Origin: an uncultured virus (IMG/VR IMGVR_UViG_3300025407_000887)
Taxonomy: Duplodnaviria; Heunggongvirae; Uroviricota; Caudoviricetes
Direction: 5' to 3' (one strand)
IMG/VR virus record: IMGVR_UViG_3300025407_000887
Length of the DNA stretch: 64,000 bases
Shown in pieces: positions 59,486-64,000 of the stretch. Position 1 is the stretch's first letter. Each line of letters starts with the position of its first letter. Under the pieces are notes generated by a model. It made no database searches. It was not told where the DNA came from and saw nothing but the letters and a program-made list of their open reading frames with translations. Position numbers and translations under genes: made by a program.

Positions 59486-60256
59486 ATGACTGAATCCAGA
59501 ATATACGAACACGAAAACATTCTTGCTGGCGCAGAACAGCAAGGCGATGATGACAAAAATTATAAAGAATGTAATCTAGCAGATGTTATCCGCTTTCAAA
59601 TGAAACGACGAGGCAAACGTTTTTGGGCCGGTGACAACATTAGCGAGTTTGTCGACGAAGAACAAAAAGAAGTCTTAATCGAAGAAGCTACTAAGGCTTT
59701 TGAAAAAGTATTAGATTGTTTGCTTATTGATCGTGAAAATGATCCTAATAGCAAAGGTACAGCCAAGCGATTAGCTAAAATGTATTTCAACGAAATAATG
59801 AGTGGCAGATATGAACCAGCACCAGACGCAACAGCATTTCCCAACGACTCGGTGGATCGATACGAAGGTATGTTGGTGGTACGTAGTGAGCTCCGCTCTA
59901 TGTGCAGTCATCATCATCAGCCCGTTACTGGTGTCGCTTACATTGGCATCATCGCCGCACAAAAACTTATTGGTTTGTCTAAGTACACTCGTATTGCTCA
60001 GTGGTGTGCTCGTCGCGGGACTCTCCAGGAAGAGTTGTGTAACGATATTGCTAGGGAAATCCAAAAAGCTACAGGAGCCATGGATTTAGGTGTGTATATT
60101 CAAGCTACACATGGTTGCTGTGAGAATCGCGGTATTATGGCCAAGAGTAGTTTAACACAGACCACAGTACTCAAAGGTGCGTTTACTAATGATGCTGGCA
60201 CAAAGAAAGAATTCTTTGACAATATTAAAATGCAACAGGAGTATGCTTCTAAATGA
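59486..60256 (+). CDS. folE: GTP cyclohydrolase I
   Basis: SMCSHHHQP, IGLSKYTRI, LQEEL, HGCCENRG. Confidence 0.95.
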   Translation: MTESRIYEHENILAGAEQQGDDDKNYKECNLADVIRFQMKRRGKRFWAGDNISEFVDEEQKEVLIEEATKAFEKVLDCLLIDRENDPNSKGTAKRLAKMYFNEIMSGRYEPAPDATAFPNDSVDRYEGMLVVRSELRSMCSHHHQPVTGVAYIGIIAAQKLIGLSKYTRIAQWCARRGTLQEELCNDIAREIQKATGAMDLGVYIQATHGCCENRGIMAKSSLTQTTVLKGAFTNDAGTKKEFFDNIKMQQEYASK

Positions 60257-60621
60257 CTGACCTAAGAATACAAGTACCAGCTGAAGGTATTATGCAAACT
60301 AACGACTGGGGTAAGAGTAAAGTCTACCGAGTTGCCTGTGAGTGTGGTGCTTCTGAGCACGATCATCATGTATGGGTAGAAGCTGACGATCATGGCGAAG
60401 TCAGTGTTACTGTTTATACAACTGTAAGAAGCAATTGGTGGAGCAAGGATCGCTGGCATCATATTTGGACATTGTTAACTAAAGGCTATATCGATACAGA
60501 GTCTACCCTAGTTATGCGTAAACAACAAGCATTTAACTATGCTCATACACTATTAAGTGCTGTTGAAGATGTTGAAAAATTCAAAGAGGAACGAGATGCA
60601 GAACGCCAAACAAATAACTGA
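60253..60621 (+). CDS. Hypothetical protein
   Basis: CECG...HDHH possible metal site; ATGA overlap. Confidence 0.6.
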   Translation: MTDLRIQVPAEGIMQTNDWGKSKVYRVACECGASEHDHHVWVEADDHGEVSVTVYTTVRSNWWSKDRWHHIWTLLTKGYIDTESTLVMRKQQAFNYAHTLLSAVEDVEKFKEERDAERQTNN

Positions 60622-60826
60622 TGAATTAATTCACCGTATGAAAACTACAGACCTAAATAAGTTTGAGATCAAACGTGAAGTCGGTGACAATTGGATTCCT
60701 AATGGAACTGTTCCTTTTGATATTAGTGCTAGTAAAGGTATCGCTACATTTACAGTATGGGCAGAAAGTATACAAGATGCAGAAGATCAAGTAAGTCAAT
60801 ATTTAGAGAAAGATGAAGATGAGTAA
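60596..60826 (+). CDS. Hypothetical protein
   Basis: GAGGA SD before ATG 60596. Confidence 0.55.
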   Translation: MQNAKQITDELIHRMKTTDLNKFEIKREVGDNWIPNGTVPFDISASKGIATFTVWAESIQDAEDQVSQYLEKDEDE

Positions 60827-61664
60827 AATTAAAATTGCAGAATTATTTTATAGTGTACAGGGCGAGGGTAGATATATGGGAGTACCTAGCGTGTTCCTTA
60901 GAACTTTTGGCTGCAATTTTTCTTGTAAGGGCTTCGGTATGCCACGTGGTGAGTTAAGTACGGAAGCAGAAGATATTTCAGAAGTAGTACATTTATATAA
61001 CAAGTATGAAGAACTTCCGTTAGTTTCTACTGGTTGCGATAGTTATGCTAGCTGGCATCCTAGTTTTAAAGATCTAAGTCCAATGCTTACTAGTGAAGCT
61101 ATCACAGATCGTATTATGGAAATTATTCCACATGGTGAATGGCACGACGAGCATTTAGTTATTACAGGCGGTGAACCTTTACTAGGTTGGCAACGTGCTT
61201 ATCCAGACTTATTGAACAATCCTAAAATGAAGGCATTAAAAGAGATCACGTTTGAAACAAACGGTACTCAGAAACTTACGCCAGAGTTTAAAGGATACTT
61301 GACTAAATGGAATAGTGAAGTAGGTAAAGAACTTACATTCAGTGTAAGTGCTAAACTTCCGGCTAGTGGTGAAAAGTGGGAGGAAGCTATTCTCCCAGAA
61401 GTTGTTTGTGAATATGAACAAGTTGGAACAACGTATTTGAAATTTGTAGTAGCAACAGAAGAGGATGTTAAAGATGCAGAACGAGCAGTTAAACAATTTA
61501 GAGAAGCGGGTTTTAAAGGTCACGTATATCTTATGCCTGTCGGTGGTGTTGAGTCTGTTTATAATCTCAATGCTAAAGCCATTGCCCTTGCCGCAATGAA
61601 GCGTGGCTGGCGTTATAGCGATAGATTGCAAGTTCCATTATTTAAAAACGAATGGGGTACCTAA
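60819..61664 (+). CDS. queE: 7-carboxy-7-deazaguanine synthase (radical SAM)
   Basis: ELFYSVQGEG, FLRTFGCNFSC...GCDS (insert within the Cys motif), ITGGEPLL, FETNGT. Confidence 0.9.
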   Translation: MSKIKIAELFYSVQGEGRYMGVPSVFLRTFGCNFSCKGFGMPRGELSTEAEDISEVVHLYNKYEELPLVSTGCDSYASWHPSFKDLSPMLTSEAITDRIMEIIPHGEWHDEHLVITGGEPLLGWQRAYPDLLNNPKMKALKEITFETNGTQKLTPEFKGYLTKWNSEVGKELTFSVSAKLPASGEKWEEAILPEVVCEYEQVGTTYLKFVVATEEDVKDAERAVKQFREAGFKGHVYLMPVGGVESVYNLNAKAIALAAMKRGWRYSDRLQVPLFKNEWGT

Positions 61665-61804
61665 TGTTAGAGATGATTGTTGCATTACTTTTAGTAGCAG
61701 TTTTAATAGGAGTGATTATGATTAATACTCCTAAAAATAATACGGCATGTACTGGTAATTGCCGACAAGGTAGACTTTGTGATTGTAAGGATAAAAATGA
61801 TTAA
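61664..61804 (+). CDS. Small membrane protein with CxxxCxQGRxCxC motif (46 aa)
   Basis: MLEMIVALLLVAVLIGVIMINTPKNNTACTGNCRQGRLCDCKDKND; TAATG coupling; not in the ORF track. Confidence 0.6.
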   Translation: MLEMIVALLLVAVLIGVIMINTPKNNTACTGNCRQGRLCDCKDKND

Positions 61805-62225
61805 ACTATTAAAAAAATGGATGGGAATTGATAAGTTAGAAGCAAACTTAGAAAATCTTAAAAAACAAGAAGCCGATGCTATTGCATCAACAGCTACAGC
61901 TCAACAAGCTGAACAAAAAGCAAAGATGACTCCAAAAGAACGTGCCACTGCCAAAGGTGAGCCGTGGGTAGCTGTTTTGGACACCCATGTTAATAAAGAT
62001 AATATTAGAAATGGATTCTTTGAGCTTGACTGGAACCCAGAATTTATTGTACAATTAAAGCAAGAGGGCTACGGATTTGAAGGTGATCCAGAAGAGGAAA
62101 TTGTGGATCGTTGGTTCCGAGATTTGGCAAGAAACATGTTAGCCGAAGAAGGACAAGACACAAGTCGTGGCATGGGTTATATTAACGTAAGTAAATTGCC
62201 TAATGGCAGAGCACAAATAGAATGA
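61797..62225 (+). CDS. Hypothetical protein
   Basis: AAGGA SD; GEPWV...GFFELDWN...EEIVDRWF. Confidence 0.65.
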   Translation: MIKLLKKWMGIDKLEANLENLKKQEADAIASTATAQQAEQKAKMTPKERATAKGEPWVAVLDTHVNKDNIRNGFFELDWNPEFIVQLKQEGYGFEGDPEEEIVDRWFRDLARNMLAEEGQDTSRGMGYINVSKLPNGRAQIE

Positions 62226-63217
62226 CATACATTATAGTAGATACTGCTAACACTTTCTTTCGTGCTAGACACGTTGTTCAAGGCAGTGCCGATATCAAAC
62301 TTGGCATGGCCTTTCATATTACACTCAACAGTATCAAAAAAGCATGGCAAGATTTTAACGGTAGTCATATTGTTTTCTGCCTCGAAGGTCGCTCGTGGCG
62401 TAAGGACTACTACAAGCCTTACAAAGCAAATAGGCAAGAAACTCGTGCGGCTATGACGCAGAAAGAACAAGATGAAGACAAGTTATTCTGGGAAGCATTT
62501 GACGAGTTTAAAAATTTCATTACAGAAAAGACCAATGCTACTGTAATGCAACATCCTAATCTAGAAGCTGACGATTTAATTGCTGGTTGGATACAGGCGC
62601 ATCCAGATGCAAAACACGTTATTGTTTCAACAGATGGAGATTTTGCACAACTTATCGGTCCTAATGTAAGTCAGTACAACGGTGTAGGTGATTTACATAT
62701 TACACACGAAGGAACATTCGATGCCAAAGGTAAACCCGTTAAAGACAAAAAGACAGGCGAGCCTAAACCAGCACAAGACCCAGAGTGGATGCTGTTCGAA
62801 AAATGCATGCGTGGTGATACCAGTGATAATGTCTTCTCGGCGTATCCAGGTGTGCGTACTAAAGGTTCTAAAAACAAAGTTGGTCTTACTGAAGCGTTCG
62901 AAGACCGTAAAAGCAAAGGATTTGCGTGGAACAATCTCATGCTTCAGAGATGGGTTGACCACAATGGAGTCGAACACAGAGTTTTAGAAGATTATCATCG
63001 TAATGTTCAATTATGCGATCTTACAGCACAACCAGAAGATATTAAAGTTAAAATTAGAGAAACTATCGAAGCTAATGCAAAACCTAAAACAGTAGATCAG
63101 GTTGGTATCCGTATGCTAAAATTCTGCAATGCATGGGATATGAAGAAAATTGCAGACAACATTCAGCAGTATGCAGAACCGTTCCAAGCAAAGTATCCAG
63201 AAAAGGAAACAGTATAA
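62222..63217 (+). CDS. rnh: T4 RNase H-like 5'-3' exonuclease / flap endonuclease
   Basis: IVDTAN, SWRKDYYKPYKANR, EADDLIA, STDGDF, GDTSDNV. Confidence 0.9.
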   Translation: MTYIIVDTANTFFRARHVVQGSADIKLGMAFHITLNSIKKAWQDFNGSHIVFCLEGRSWRKDYYKPYKANRQETRAAMTQKEQDEDKLFWEAFDEFKNFITEKTNATVMQHPNLEADDLIAGWIQAHPDAKHVIVSTDGDFAQLIGPNVSQYNGVGDLHITHEGTFDAKGKPVKDKKTGEPKPAQDPEWMLFEKCMRGDTSDNVFSAYPGVRTKGSKNKVGLTEAFEDRKSKGFAWNNLMLQRWVDHNGVEHRVLEDYHRNVQLCDLTAQPEDIKVKIRETIEANAKPKTVDQVGIRMLKFCNAWDMKKIADNIQQYAEPFQAKYPEKETV

Positions 63218-64000
63218 TGGCAACTAGAGAAGAAAAACAAGAATTGATGGAAATTCTTAAATTTACACCACGTACTTATAAAATCTCAATGTGGGGTTAC
63301 GGTGGTGAAAAAGTCATGGGTACCGTAGATCGAAAGATTTATGATTACTTTAAACAACGTAGGCTTGATCTAAGCGACTATTGCTGGAACAGTGACTATG
63401 CAGAAGATCATAACATTCCTGAAGACATGCAACCTTTTCCTTCTGGTAGCTGGTACGAAGGCGACGGCATGGGTCATGCAGGTGGAGTAAGTCGTAGTGC
63501 TGGCACACTACAGATTGAAGACGAAAACGGTAATACTGTCTTTGAACGCAGTTTAGAAGATATGGACGGCGGCAGCGATGACAGTGTAGAATGGGAATGT
63601 AACGATGAAGTCTGGATTGGTAGTCAACCTGACGGTACTGTGGTATTCCTTGGTAACTCAAATGAAAAAGGTACATTCTTTGAAGCAGACTTAGAATTAA
63701 AAATGCCTTTTGATATTACTAAATTAACACTAGGCTACGATGAAATTGACGGTGAAGAAATTGTTAATGCTGTAAAATACGATGGCGAGGATATTGACAA
63801 CTGGGGCGGCAGTACTGATGGCAAAAGTAGTGACTTTGGTTTCTATATTGCCGGCAGTAAAGATGCTACGGGCAAGTGGGAAAAGTACACCAACATGGAT
63901 GATATTGAATATCCCATGACCGAATGGTTCCCTAAAAAGAGCAAACCTGTCCGTGTAGGCAATTACATGATTAAAACCGCAGGTAAAAAGTCCTGGACTC
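63217..64000 (+). CDS. Acidic hypothetical protein, runs off the window end
   Basis: ATG at 63217 (TAATG coupling, AAGGA SD), MATREEKQELMEILKFTPRTYK..., frame appears open to 64000. Confidence 0.7.
   Translation, partial: MATREEKQELMEILKFTPRTYKISMWGYGGEKVMGTVDRKIYDYFKQRRLDLSDYCWNSDYAEDHNIPEDMQPFPSGSWYEGDGMGHAGGVSRSAGTLQIEDENGNTVFERSLEDMDGGSDDSVEWECNDEVWIGSQPDGTVVFLGNSNEKGTFFEADLELKMPFDITKLTLGYDEIDGEEIVNAVKYDGEDIDNWGGSTDGKSSDFGFYIAGSKDATGKWEKYTNMDDIEYPMTEWFPKKSKPVRVGNYMIKTAGKKSWT

Noticed and set aside
50192..61664. Reading the cluster as ordinary queuosine tRNA-modification auxiliary genes
   Set aside because: No queC, queF, queA or queG in the window, the TGT-like protein is atypical and the T-fold protein has the HRH variant; not excluded, but less consistent than DNA modification

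Overview
64-kb segment of a large lytic dsDNA tailed phage (jumbo-type, distantly T4-like, AT-rich, standard genetic code, almost all genes on the + strand). Spanins and a GH19 endolysin point to a Gram-negative host. Layout: (1-3.5 kb) small late genes including Fe/Mn SOD, an ADP-ribosyltransferase-like protein and IscA/ErpA; (3.5-24.2 kb) tail/baseplate genes including a 4167-aa protein; (24.4-28.9 kb) DnaE fragment, GroES-like, clamp loader, PhoH; (28.9-31 kb) lysis cassette; (31-35 kb) DnaJ, peptide deformylase, ClpA; (35.3-44.1 kb) probable internal head proteins and polyproteins carrying prohead-protease-type [LIVM]xE sites, plus Dps; (44-50 kb) 2OG-Fe(II) oxygenases, family B DNA polymerase, NDP-sugar dehydrogenase, sliding clamp; (50-61.7 kb) 7-deazaguanine pathway genes (TGT/DpdA-like, T-fold DpdL/QueD-like, FolE, QueE) interleaved with a glycosyltransferase, two sugar oxidoreductases, a PRTase, a cupin and a restriction-like nuclease; (62-64 kb) T4 RNase H-like nuclease. 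Best leads: a possibly new deazaguanine/sugar DNA-modification system, a probably virion-packaged three-enzyme nucleotidyl-transfer polyprotein, and a two-state RNA switch in the phoH leader. No tRNA, rRNA, CRISPR array or integrase was seen. All calls come from reading motifs by eye; no database searches were run.
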